From: Monocercomonoides exilis PA203
Taxonomy: Eukaryota > Protista > Preaxostyla
Assembly: GCA_001643675.2 (NCBI GenBank)
Contig: LSRY02000020.1
Span: forward strand, 868,001-932,000
DNA length: 64,000 nucleotides
Reading direction: 5' to 3'
Shown here: piece by piece, positions 11,949 through 22,631 of the stretch
Layout of the letters: each line of letters opens with the position of its first letter
Position numbering within the stretch: the stretch's first letter is position 1
Program-made: the position numbers and the translations under genes
The notes under the pieces: model-generated
The model's database searches: none
Told to the model about the DNA's origin: nothing
Seen by the model: only the letters and a program-made list of their open reading frames with translations

Positions 11949-13823
11949 ATGAGCTTAACGCCAGCATCCATGATTGTCCGTTTGTCCAAAAAGCCTGAAA
12001 ATCTTGTATGTGCAGATTGCGGATCGAATTGTATGTGCCATTTTGTTATTTGATAGAATATCTTTTTCTATGATTTTTATCAATTATAGTAACGAAATGG
12101 GCTGTTCTTCCACATGGAATCTTTATTTGCATAAAGTATGAAAAGTCCTTTTGTTAATGTTCACATGAATAATAACTAACTGTTTACAGTTGTGCAGGAT
12201 GCCATAGACGTCTGGGAACTCAATACAGTTTTGTTAAGTCAATTGATCTTGATACATGGGGAATGGAACAAGTGAAAAAGATGGCAATTGGTAATACTTT
12301 ATCTAATGCCTATTATGAAGCAAACATTACATCAACGTTTCGTCGACCAAAGCCATCAGATGAGCAAATGTATTTCATTAACAATTCTTATTTTGACAAA
12401 TTTTTTATGAATTTTTTTACTATTAGAACAAGAGAGAAATTTGTAAGGGATAAATACGTAAGAAAACTTTGGGCTGATAAGGCTTGTTTAATTATTAATT
12501 TTTTATTGAAAGAATAATTCTTTTTTCTTTGTGCACATTGTAATGTATATTCAGTCACACCCACCTCCAGTTGCATCTCAAGAAATGCTAGATGAATCGT
12601 TAAAGCAAACCACAGCATCCAAGGAACCACAACATCCAATTCGACCTTCTCAAACTGTTAAAGCAATCACACTTGCAAACTCGTCATCGATTTCAGAGGC
12701 ACGCGCTCCTCGTGCTACTCTGAATCCAACATTTTCGTCTCTTCTTATGTTTACAGATACTTCGCCTGAAGAAGCTCAGCAGATTAATTCCAGGGCTACT
12801 CAATTGCCTGAAAGTGCTTCTGAGCCAACACTTCCCACTGCTACAGAAGCAAGTTCTGCGCCAATAGCAACGAACACTGCTCAAATGCAGCCTCTTCCAT
12901 CGACTCTTCCAATGTCATCAGCAGTAGCAAGCTCACCTTCACCTCCTCAGGCTGTGCCACAGCCGTCTTTGCAAAGCCAGTTCTTTTTTGGTGCTCCTCC
13001 TCAGGTTCAGACAACTGCTCAGGCACCATCTGGTGAAATGCTGTTCAATACTCACCCTCCTCCTCCCCCTTCTCAGATATCGTTGCCTCCTCCTGCTGGC
13101 ATACCGGAACAAAAGGTCCTCGCTCCAGAACCAGATCTTCTTTTGCTTGACACCAACCAAGCAGCAGTGTCTGGCTCATCTTCTCTGAATATCGCAGCTG
13201 AAATGATTTCGCAATTCCAAAGTGTTCCACCTCCTGGGGTACTGTCTGCTCCAATCCCTGGTCTGAAAGAATTTTCATATTCGGAAAATTTAGGTCGCAC
13301 AACAGTAACCAAAGGGAATCTTACAGTGGCGCACTATCACAGGGTCATTGTGCGGTTCAACATTGGCGGTTCATTGTTCTCGACATTCATGTCAACATTG
13401 GAGAGAGCACCGCCAACATCTCTGCTGTTCCGCCTGACAGATCACATCAAGAGCAAGGGCACTGTTGTTACACGGAGAACGGTATATGTGGATGGCATGA
13501 ACACATTGCTGGGGGTTCGGCAGTCGGAGACTGTTACAGTGCCACATTTTCCTCCGTTTGTTGCAATTTCTGGTGATTTATCAGAGTCTGAAGGAGTGTT
13601 TGGTTCATTTGAAGAAGCCATATCATCTTCAGAAAGCTCTGCGATTTTTACGTCAACTTTTTTCCTTGATAGGGATCCTATTGTGTTCAGATATATTCTG
13701 AACCATCTTCGAAGCACGTCACAAGCTAACTCTGTCTCTCTTGGAAATGTGGGAGTTGTTGCATGCTCGGCCGACAATATCAGATCAGAGTGCGATTATT
13801 ACGGCCTGGCTCGAATTGTGTAA
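11949..13823 (+). CDS. ArfGAP zinc-finger protein with C-terminal KCTD/T1-type BTB domain (5 exons)
   Basis: Exons 11949-12030, 12090-12135, 12190-12369, 12427-12481 and 12555-13823 give CADC-x16-CINCAGCHR (ArfGAP CX2CX16CX2CX4R), VKSIDLDTW and REKFVRDKYVRKLW. The C-terminus has VRFNIGGSLFST...FFLDRDPIVFRYILNHLR...ECDYYGL. Confidence 0.88.
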
Positions 13824-14049
13824 TGTTATTTGTTTTTTTTTCACTTTTTTGTTTTTCGTATCTATTATCAACCTGTAACGCTTTTATTGATTAAAATTGA
13901 TTTTTTTTATATATTATGTTTATTTTTTGTCAAAATTTAAAAAGTAATATGATGAAATATTTTCTTTTGTTTTTTCCTTTTTTTCTTGTGTTTTTCAGAT
14001 GTGTATGATTTTTGTGAAGGTGGAGTGAAGTGTGAGATGACTATGTTGG

Positions 14050-14657
14050 TTAATTTTGTTGATCTTTGCATACTCTCGCAAACACATCTTCTGGAAGAGC
14101 AAAGACTGATTGTTTTGTGTGACGAAGTGAAAAAGATTGGAACCCAATAGGATCATCCGGTGGATGCGCCTTGAACAAATGGAAAAAAAATTCATTTTTA
14201 ACAGAATTTTTTGCAAGTATTAAATAAAAAAATTATTAAGATTTTTTCATACAGGATTTTCGTACTTCTTAAACATAATCCACAAAAAGAAAAAGAGGCA
14301 AGTTTGTGTGGCCGTTCCAACTATATTAAGTATTTTCATGATTGTAGGTATGAAAATCAAATCATGAAATCTCCATTCACCCGCATAGCTCTGAAGTGTC
14401 AGGAGCATATGAGTCGACGAAAGTGCAATATCAAATCCAAGATGCACCAAAATTACAAGTTTTACAAGTAAATTAGGAATGCTCTGTATTTGAAATGCAA
14501 TGCAGGAAGCCAAAATGCATGAAAAGAAATAAATATCAAATAATTCCGCAGAGCGCTGATGAAATGAAAGTATGAGTCCAGCAATACGCATAGTTAATTC
14601 TATAAACAGAAATGTTATCGACATGAAGGAAACATCTGGATTTATCGATTGTTTCAT
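14050..14657 (-). CDS. Small putative multi-pass membrane protein (~174 aa, 2 exons)
   Basis: Hydrophobic ORF 14657-14253 with about 4 TM-like segments, GTATGA...AAG intron 14252-14170, and in-frame exon 14169-14050 ending TAA. No recognised homology. Confidence 0.5.
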
Positions 14658-15003
14658 AAAATAGAACTGATTTTTTAACTAATTTTCTTATGGGCAAATT
14701 TATTTTATTTTTTTTAACAATTCTTCCAATTCAATTTCTTATTTATCAGATTGAATTGTTATAAGTCAAAATGTTTCGTTGAAGAATTATTGCACTCATT
14801 TTCTTTAAAAGTTGTTGAGGATGATCTATTAATTTCATCAGAAAAAATAATAGCCAATGAAAAAAATTTTTTCAATATTTTATCATTTTATCGTCATGCA
14901 GCAAAAATAATTCACCATCGAAGAACTTTAATACAAAATCAAAATAGAAGTTTGTAAATTCGAAATTTTTATTTTAGTAATTATAAAGGAAATCATTAAA
15001 ATG

Positions 15004-15305
15004 CACCATTTATTATTCAAAATTGGTTTACATTTTATTCAAAATTAATAAAAATTGTATATTTTTCAAAAATAATTTTTTTGTGATAAATTGGGTTTTT
15101 GTTGAGTATCGGAAAGCGATGAAAATGTTATATTCAGTCAATATTCGAAATACAGATGAGAAATTGAACCTCTAAATTTGTTATTTGAGAATAAAAATTT
15201 GAATTTCTGATTTTTCAGAAAAAAAATTATCTTCATGGAAATCGGAAATTTTGTATATATATTCACCTCACATGTTGGATTACATATTGTTTTATCCAAA
15301 TATAT
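15004..15305 (+). repeat. Left arm of 302-bp inverted repeat
   Basis: Base-by-base reverse-complement match to 15962-16263. Confidence 0.97.
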
Positions 15306-15562
15306 GGGTGATTATTATTGAAATCATATATTTTCGATCAAATAATTCGGATTGATATTTATATTTTGAATTTAAGTTTATGAACACAGAAAAGTGACAA
15401 CTCCTTTAAAAACCATCACTGTCTTTCTTCATCACTATATTTTGGCATTTGAAACTATTGAAATAATTTTTTCATTTCACTGACAAATTCCTTTTCTCTG
15501 ACAATGAATTTTCATTATAATCATCACCCCGAAAAAAAGTATGATTTCAAAAATAATCACCC
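15306..15562. mobile_element. Nested MITE (257 bp) with 23-bp TIRs and 6-bp ATATAT target-site duplication
   Basis: TIRs GGGTGATTATTATTGAAATCATA (15306-15328) and TATGATTTCAAAAATAATCACCC (15540-15562) match 22/23. ATATAT flanks both sides (15300-15305, 15563-15568). Removing the element restores similarity to the opposite arm. Confidence 0.8.
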
Positions 15563-15961
15563 ATATATAATTCACATCAAAACAAGATGAAGAAAACCAA
15601 AAATTTTTTCTATTTAAAAATCTATTTATGCGCTTTCAGAATTTTTCATTTGTTTTTTGTTGATCTTTTGAACATATATTAATGTGGGACAAAATATTTG
15701 ACTTCAGGCATTTTCTTTGAAAAATTATGAACCTTTGATGAACTTTTTGTGATTAAAAAATTTGAAAAAAATGGGTTTATTTTTAGAAATACGTGTGAGG
15801 TCGCAAAACATAATGTTATAACATCAATGAAGTTTGTTTACAGTCACAATAATATTATTTATTTTAAAATCTGATAAAGTTTTATAATGTTATTAGTGAA
15901 ACAGTTTTTTCATGCTTTGTGCATAAAAAGCTTGAAAGTCGTTATTTCCCCCATGTGAATA

Positions 15962-16263
15962 ATATATTTGGATAAAACAATATGTAATCCAACATGTGAG
16001 GTGAATATATATACAAAATTTCCGATTTCCATGAAGATAATTTTTTTTCTGAAAAATCAGAAATTCAAATTTTTATTCTCAAATAACAAATTTAGAGGTT
16101 CAATTTCTCATCTGTATTTCGAATATTGACTGAATATAACATTTTCATCGCTTTCCGATACTCAACAAAAACCCAATTTATCACAAAAAAATTATTTTTG
16201 AAAAATATACAATTTTTATTAATTTTGAATAAAATGTAAACCAATTTTGAATAATAAATGGTG
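15962..16263 (-). repeat. Right arm of 302-bp inverted repeat
   Basis: Base-by-base reverse-complement match to 15004-15305. Confidence 0.97.
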
Positions 16264-16596
16264 TAAAATTGTGAAGGAATTGAAAAAGAAATCGTTATCA
16301 CTGGATTTTTTTAATTGGTCGCAACATTCCAATTTACCACTAATTCAATATATCTTTTCTAAATTGTTGAATTATAAAATTTAACAGAAGATATAGAAAA
16401 TAAAAAATATTTTTTGTTTTGAAAAAAAATAATAAGTTGAGAAAAGAATGGAATAATATTGAAAATAAAATTCAATAATTTTCGAAAGTTTTCAAAATAA
16501 CAAAATATATGTGGAAAAAGAATTTTTGTTCATTTACAACCATAATAAGATATTTATTACGAAAATCTTTTATTTGCTTATTTAAAACGCAAATAG

Positions 16597-19454
16597 ATGC
16601 AAAATGATGAATTTAATGATGGAGAAACATTCTCATTTCCATCAGAAAGCATATTTGAAGATGATGACGAAAATACTGAAAAAGAAATGAGCTCTTCAGA
16701 TGATAATAAAATAATTGAAACAGTGTCCACTGCAACTGTTGCACTTGTTGAGCCCGAATGGTATTTTAAAACTCCGCTAGAAGCTATTCATTTGTCGAAT
16801 AATGAGTTGGAAATGGCAAAGGCTTCATCCAATTTTTGCAAAGGTTTGATTTTTTGAAAAGAAAATTTCCTGAAAAGTTATGGAACTTTATATCATTTTA
16901 GAAAAATTCATTGAAAGTCTTGAAAACGTAACTCGGAAGGAGCACGTAGAGGCTCTTCATAAAGAGGTATTTTCATAAAACTATCAATCACATATTTAAT
17001 TCAAGGATTAAAAATTTAGGAATGTGACTTAATTGCAAGATGTCATAACAGACTTGGCCAACCAGAAAGTTCATTAAAATATCTTATTAAAAATGTTAGT
17101 TTTCCTGATTTTTGATAACTTCATTTTTATTTTTTGAAAAGGTTCAAACAAGAACTATTGATTTTAACAGTTTTAAGGAATTGGGGAAAGCATATGGCAA
17201 TCTGGGTGAGATTGAATTGGCCATTGAAGCATACACACAAGGACTTAGTTTGAATCGCGGAGATCCTGTGATGTGGAGGCAGATTGGAATAGAAATGATG
17301 AGATCAACAGAAGAACACGTAAAAGCTTTGAATATTACGCTTTTAGCATTGAACCAAAAATTTGATGCTAAGCACTGCACAGAAAGCATCGATGAAGAAA
17401 AAGAGAAAAATGCTGAGTGCGAGGGAGAGATTATGACAAATGAAATGGATAAAATATTTAATGAGATATTATTAATGATGATAATGGTGTGGATTACAAC
17501 TGCACAAGCGGAGATTTTTAAACGGGAATCACACATTCAGGTATGATTTAATTTTTTATTATGAACTTTTAATTAAAAAAAAAATCTTGTTTTACAAAAA
17601 TTGATTTTCTATTCTGATCAATGAATTGTCTAATTCTATTATCAGAGGGAAAGGATGTTTCGAATGAGCAAATTTCGAACAATCGGAATGAGTCCCAAGC
17701 ACAGGTCTTCGGCGTATTCAATGGTGACGCCAACGGACCCAGGTATATCTCAAACAGAAGCACCTTCCTGCTCTGCAAGCACAACCGCTCCAGCTTCTCA
17801 GTCTTCGTCTGCACAAACAACTGCCAACACGTCCACAAAGCTAAATCCACCTAAAAAGCTGAAGTTTCCAGCGCCAGACACATTTCAACAGCGGTGCAGA
17901 GAAAAGGACTTGGAATTTATTTTGTCTATTGAAAAATTTGTGATCACAAGATATTTTCCTCTTCTGTCATCCATTGGGAATATGATGAGCTGCAGAAAGA
18001 GTCAAGTTTCAAATTGTCCAGATAATACAAAGGAAAAGCAGCAAACTACAGATAATACAACTTCAAAGACAACTGCCAATGAAAAAAATGCTGTCGAATC
18101 GGATTCGCTGATGTCATCAACAAAAAGCACAGAAAAGACGATTTCCAGCGAAGCCAAATCTCAACTTTTAGACACGATTTCACAGAAGCTGTTCAAATGG
18201 CTGGACAAAAAGATTGATGGAGAAAATGAAGACAGCTCTGAGGAAAAAGAGGAAAAAGAGAGAAAAGATGAGGAAGCAGGAAACGAGGCACAACAGAATA
18301 AACAGCAAGAGAAAGAGCAAGAGACAAAACAAGAAGGAAATGAAGCAGATGAAAAGAAGATCACAAATGAGTCAATTGAGAAAGAAGGCAAAGCAGCTGG
18401 TGATTTGGAGAACAACGCTTCAATGAGCTTGGAGGAAAAACGGGAGAAGCGAAGATTGAAGCGAAAGGAGAAGCAAAAAAAGAAGAAGGAAAGAAAAATG
18501 AAAGAGGAAGAGGAAATGAAGGCAAAGAAGGAGAAACTGAAGAACAAATCATCAAATGAAAAAGAACAAAAAGAGGAAAAATGCAAAGGAAGAATTCACA
18601 TGGCGGATGTGTTTGCTGAAATGGAGCTTTTGGAGAGAGAAAGGAGAGAGGAAGAGGAAATCGACAGGCTTGCCCATCTTTCACAATACAAACCTTTGTG
18701 TCAGCAGACCTCTGCTTCTCAATCGAAAATATCTTCATCATCATCTTCATCATCTTCTTCCTCAAATATTCCTTCATCTCATTTTGCACTTCCGCCTTCA
18801 TTGACTGCCTTCCCCCGCCTGTTCCCAGTGATTGCTATTCCTGAATTGCATTCATCTGCTTCATCTTATGTGAAAGAGCTCTTTATGCAGACACCCGACG
18901 TCTTTCTGCCTTCTCCTCCTGATGAATTGACATCTGCAGATTCTTATCACACAGACAGTTGTGATTCATCTGAAAGGACATTATCAGAACAAAGCTCATC
19001 ATCATCATCATCATCATCATCTTCTTCTTCTTCTTCTGACACACAAAATGCAGTCAAATCACATCCACTCCACAATTCCACTCCAGTTGAGCTTTTCTCT
19101 CTTTTTGTGTCAGCCTGGATCGCCATCCATCGCCGCCACTTCCACGTGTCGTATCTCATCCGCCCGCCGCTTTCGAAGTATCAGTTTTCTTTTCTTCATG
19201 TTCCGTTTCACTCAAACACTTCTGATAGCAGTTCTCGTGCTGAAAAGGAGACTGAGGCTGAAGGCAGCGCAAATAAGGGGGAAGAAATGAAAATCACAAA
19301 TAACGAATTTGAGGAAGAGGATGAACAAAACAACGAAGAAGAAGAAGAAGAAGAAGATGATGATGACAATGATGATATGTTTAATCTTCTCAACGATGGA
19401 TCAGATGAGATAAAAATGTCACCTGATTTTCCTGGAATTCCACTTCACCATTAA
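16597..19454 (+). CDS. TPR-repeat protein, probably C8orf76-like, with long low-complexity C-terminus (5 exons)
   Basis: First exon 16597-16843, two short exons, an exon ending 17540 and last exon 17646-19454 join in frame through GT-AG introns. TPR-like LIARCHNRLGQPESSLKYL and FKELGKAYGNLGEIELAIEAYTQGLSLNRGDPVMW; N-terminal SIFED...VEPEWY. Confidence 0.7.
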
Positions 19455-19577
19455 AGCTTTAATTTTTTGTTATCTAAATTACAATTATTACATATTCTAT
19501 ATTACTGGATTTTAAATTACAATTAATTTTGAAAAAAAAATTAGATAAGAATAAACATTCAGAATCACTCCCATAAG

Positions 19578-21752
19578 ATGAGTATTGAAACACCAATTCA
19601 ACAACCAAGTGTTCCTTTACAAAATACGGAAACTGGAACACTTAAAAAATCTGCTTCGAGAATAGCAGATCTTGTTCTCAAGGATGCAGATCCAACCAAA
19701 GGTTTTCATTCGAATTTTGTTGAAATTTGACAATTATTTTATTTATTGTAAAAGGAGACAAATTTTGGAAAAAACGCCTTGCATATTTTCTTTATACCGT
19801 TTTCATTTTTCTTTTATATGCTGCGTTGATGATTTTTGGCATTTTACTCAAAGCGTCAGCAGGCTATGGTCTTTTTGTAAAACTTATCACTATCATTGGA
19901 GCTGGGGTGATATGCGTCTTTATTATTATTGGGACAATCGGATTTTGCTTTTCAAAGTATCGCCCTGCTTTCCAACGAATGATGACAATTCATATTGTGG
20001 TGCAAGAAACAGTGGCAATTTTTGCAATATATTTTGGTCTTTACTCATTAATTTGCGGATTTTACGAGCAAACAAATTTGATTGTTGATAGCAGTAGCAT
20101 TGGGAATTCTTCATCTCTGCATTTGCTTGGAGATGGACTTACAGATTCAGCAAAACAAATTATAAAAAATAGAAACATGTATTATTGCGTATCAATTTGC
20201 GCATGCGTTTGTGGTTTAATGACCATTTTCACCCCATTACTTGCAAAGCCAATTGTAGGAAAAAGGCTATTTCATCAGGTTTATATTAAATATTTAAATT
20301 AAAAGTTCATCAAAAATAACAAACTTTTTCATTCAATTTTTAGTCATTTGGAATTTCATCTTCTCTTATTCCACTTATTCTTGCTGCAATTCACATTACA
20401 ACAATTTTCATATTTCCATTTGGCGGGCAAATAGATGCAAGTCACTTCGAACTTGTGAAGACTATTTTCATGTGGATTTTTGTTGGTTTGGGGGTTGTGG
20501 AATGTGCCATTGGCATTTTCTCTCTTGTGATCACTTTAGCTTCTTCGTGCATCGAAAAGCTTCGGTGGAACATTCGCTATGTCGAAGGGATATTTCAGGT
20601 GATTGTTGTTCTTGTTGAGGCATCATATGTGGTGGTGAATGCCGTCCTGCTGGTGCAAGGCAAGCAGTACAGGGCTCCGCATTTGATTGAGTATTATTTC
20701 CTCACAAATTATGCAGAGAGCATGTGCGGTGGCCTGACTGACGCTGAAAAGGCCATGTGTTCCAAGGGCCTGTCTACAAACAGGCTCCGCTTTCTGATCA
20801 ACATCTTTTGGAACAAGGAAATGATTATCGCTGCGTTGTTTTCGGCTTATACGATTGCCAGCGCGTTTCAGATTATCGGCTATTCAGGCTACATTGCAAC
20901 GTCGTTTGGCAAAGTTTGTGAAATAATTTTTATTTTTTTTTCACTGTTTTTTTGTTGAAATGTATTTTGCATAATATATATTGTTTTCTTATTTAAATTT
21001 CTATGACAAAAATTTCATTTGATTCATTTCAGCCAAAGCCACAAGACATCAACAAGAGCAAATCAGATGGAGATGATGAAGATGATGACGATGACTTTGA
21101 CAGCGAAGACGATGATAGTGATGATGAATCCACCGAAGGCAAAAGGACGAAAACGAAATCAAACAAACCTATAGTAGTCTCTTCATATGATTCTGCATCT
21201 CCTTCTTCCTCCTCTTCCTCTTCCTCCTTCTCTTCTTCTTCAGGTGTGCAGGAAACCAACCTCGACCTGGAGCCGAGTGTGTCACCTCACCCGATCTCTC
21301 CGCGCGTCCTGTCGAGCACCGAATCCGAGGAAGACGCTCACCTGCGGTCTCAGGTTGAGCTCACCAAGCTGCACGAACAGCAGAAATCACAACACTTAAT
21401 TCGAATGAACTCAATGGCGAATGCAATGTCCCCGCGTGGCACCGGCCCTGCTGGGAGTCCCAATGGCATGTTTCCAATGATGACGTCTGGATCAGCTGCG
21501 CAGCTTGCCCCACTTTCACTTGCGCAGAATCCATATGGGCAAGCATTGCCACAGCTGTCGCCGAGATCTGCACAGCCACTCTCACCAGCTGTTTATATGC
21601 AACAGCAACAGCAACAGCAGCAGTATCAGCAATTACAGCAGCTTCAGCAGTTGCAGCAACAACAACAGCAGCAACAACAGATGCTGATGATGCAGCAGAA
21701 CCAGATGGCGCAGGATCCGATGAGGGGGATGATAGTTGCAGAGTATTATTGA
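19578..21752 (+). CDS. Multi-pass membrane protein with acidic, Ser-rich and poly-Gln cytoplasmic tail (4 exons)
   Basis: ATG at 19578; introns starting 19702, 20279 and 20914 join hydrophobic ORFs 19727..20302 and 20455..20958 to tail ORF 21003..21752 in frame. Roughly 8 or more TM-like segments. Family not recognised. Confidence 0.7.
21600..21680 (+). repeat. CAA/CAG trinucleotide tract encoding poly-Gln
   Basis: Translates to QQQQQQQQYQQLQQLQQLQQQQQQQQQ. Confidence 0.9.
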
Positions 21753-22631
21753 GAATAATTGAGAATAATTGAATTTCATTGATTATCATTGAATAATCGT
21801 TGAGTGTTGTAGATATTAGCTGATTTGTCTGGCACTTCACAACAAAGTCTTCTGAAGCTATTTGCTTATTTATTTACGTTATTTATTTATTTATTTTTTC
21901 TCTTTTTGGAATGTTTGATAATTGTCTTTTTTGTGGAATATTGGCAGTATGGTATACTGTTCGCTTGATTGGTTTTAAGTTGACTTAGCTATTTCAATGC
22001 ACTTTATTGCATTTTGCGTTTGTTAAGAAAAAATTGTATTGTAATCATAAAGCGTTCGTTTTTTGATGCTTTATTTTATTTTATTTTATTATTTTTAATT
22101 TCATTTTGTTTTTTTTCATTTATTGTTATCGGCTTGTTCCACTATACACACTTCACTTCAAGCTGCACTCGACTCAACTTTTGTTCAGATTATCTCCAAA
22201 ATGTCATTCTTCATTCTTTCTTCCTTGTTTTCTAAGAAATTAAATGTTTTATTATTGTTATTTTTAAAAAAACTTTCTGACTGTCTTTCTTTTTTTCATT
22301 TGAAATTGTGATTATATTCGCATTTTTCTTTTTCTCGTTTCATTGCGTTTCAAATTCTTTCATCTTTCAAAGATACAAATCAATTAAAAATAGGTTAATT
22401 ATTAAAAACCAAAGAAAAAAGAACTTAATCATTAATGATACTTGAACATATTTATTTTTTGTTTTAAAAATTGAGTAATGAGGTGATTATATATGCACTT
22501 TATTTAAACAACACTTGCACACCTGATTGAAAACTTCAAAAAAAGTTTTTTTATGTTAAATATTCCACGCAATTAGAATAACACAAAGTCACTTGCTAAA
22601 TAACTTCAAAAACGAACCAAGAAAACCCACT

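Larger units (their letters stand above)
15004..16263. mobile_element. Non-autonomous foldback / long-TIR DNA element (1,260 bp)
   Basis: 15004-15305 is the reverse complement of 15962-16263 (302 bp, no mismatch found by eye). Termini CACC...GGTG. Subterminal repeat TTATTCAAAATT at 15013 and 15035. Flanking TAAAAT at 14997-15002 and 16264-16269. No transposase ORF. Confidence 0.75.

Noticed and set aside
16092-16301. Short ORF overlapping the right inverted arm as a possible transposase remnant
   Set aside because: 69 aa, non-ATG start, AT-rich low-information sequence and no DDE or DNA-binding motifs.
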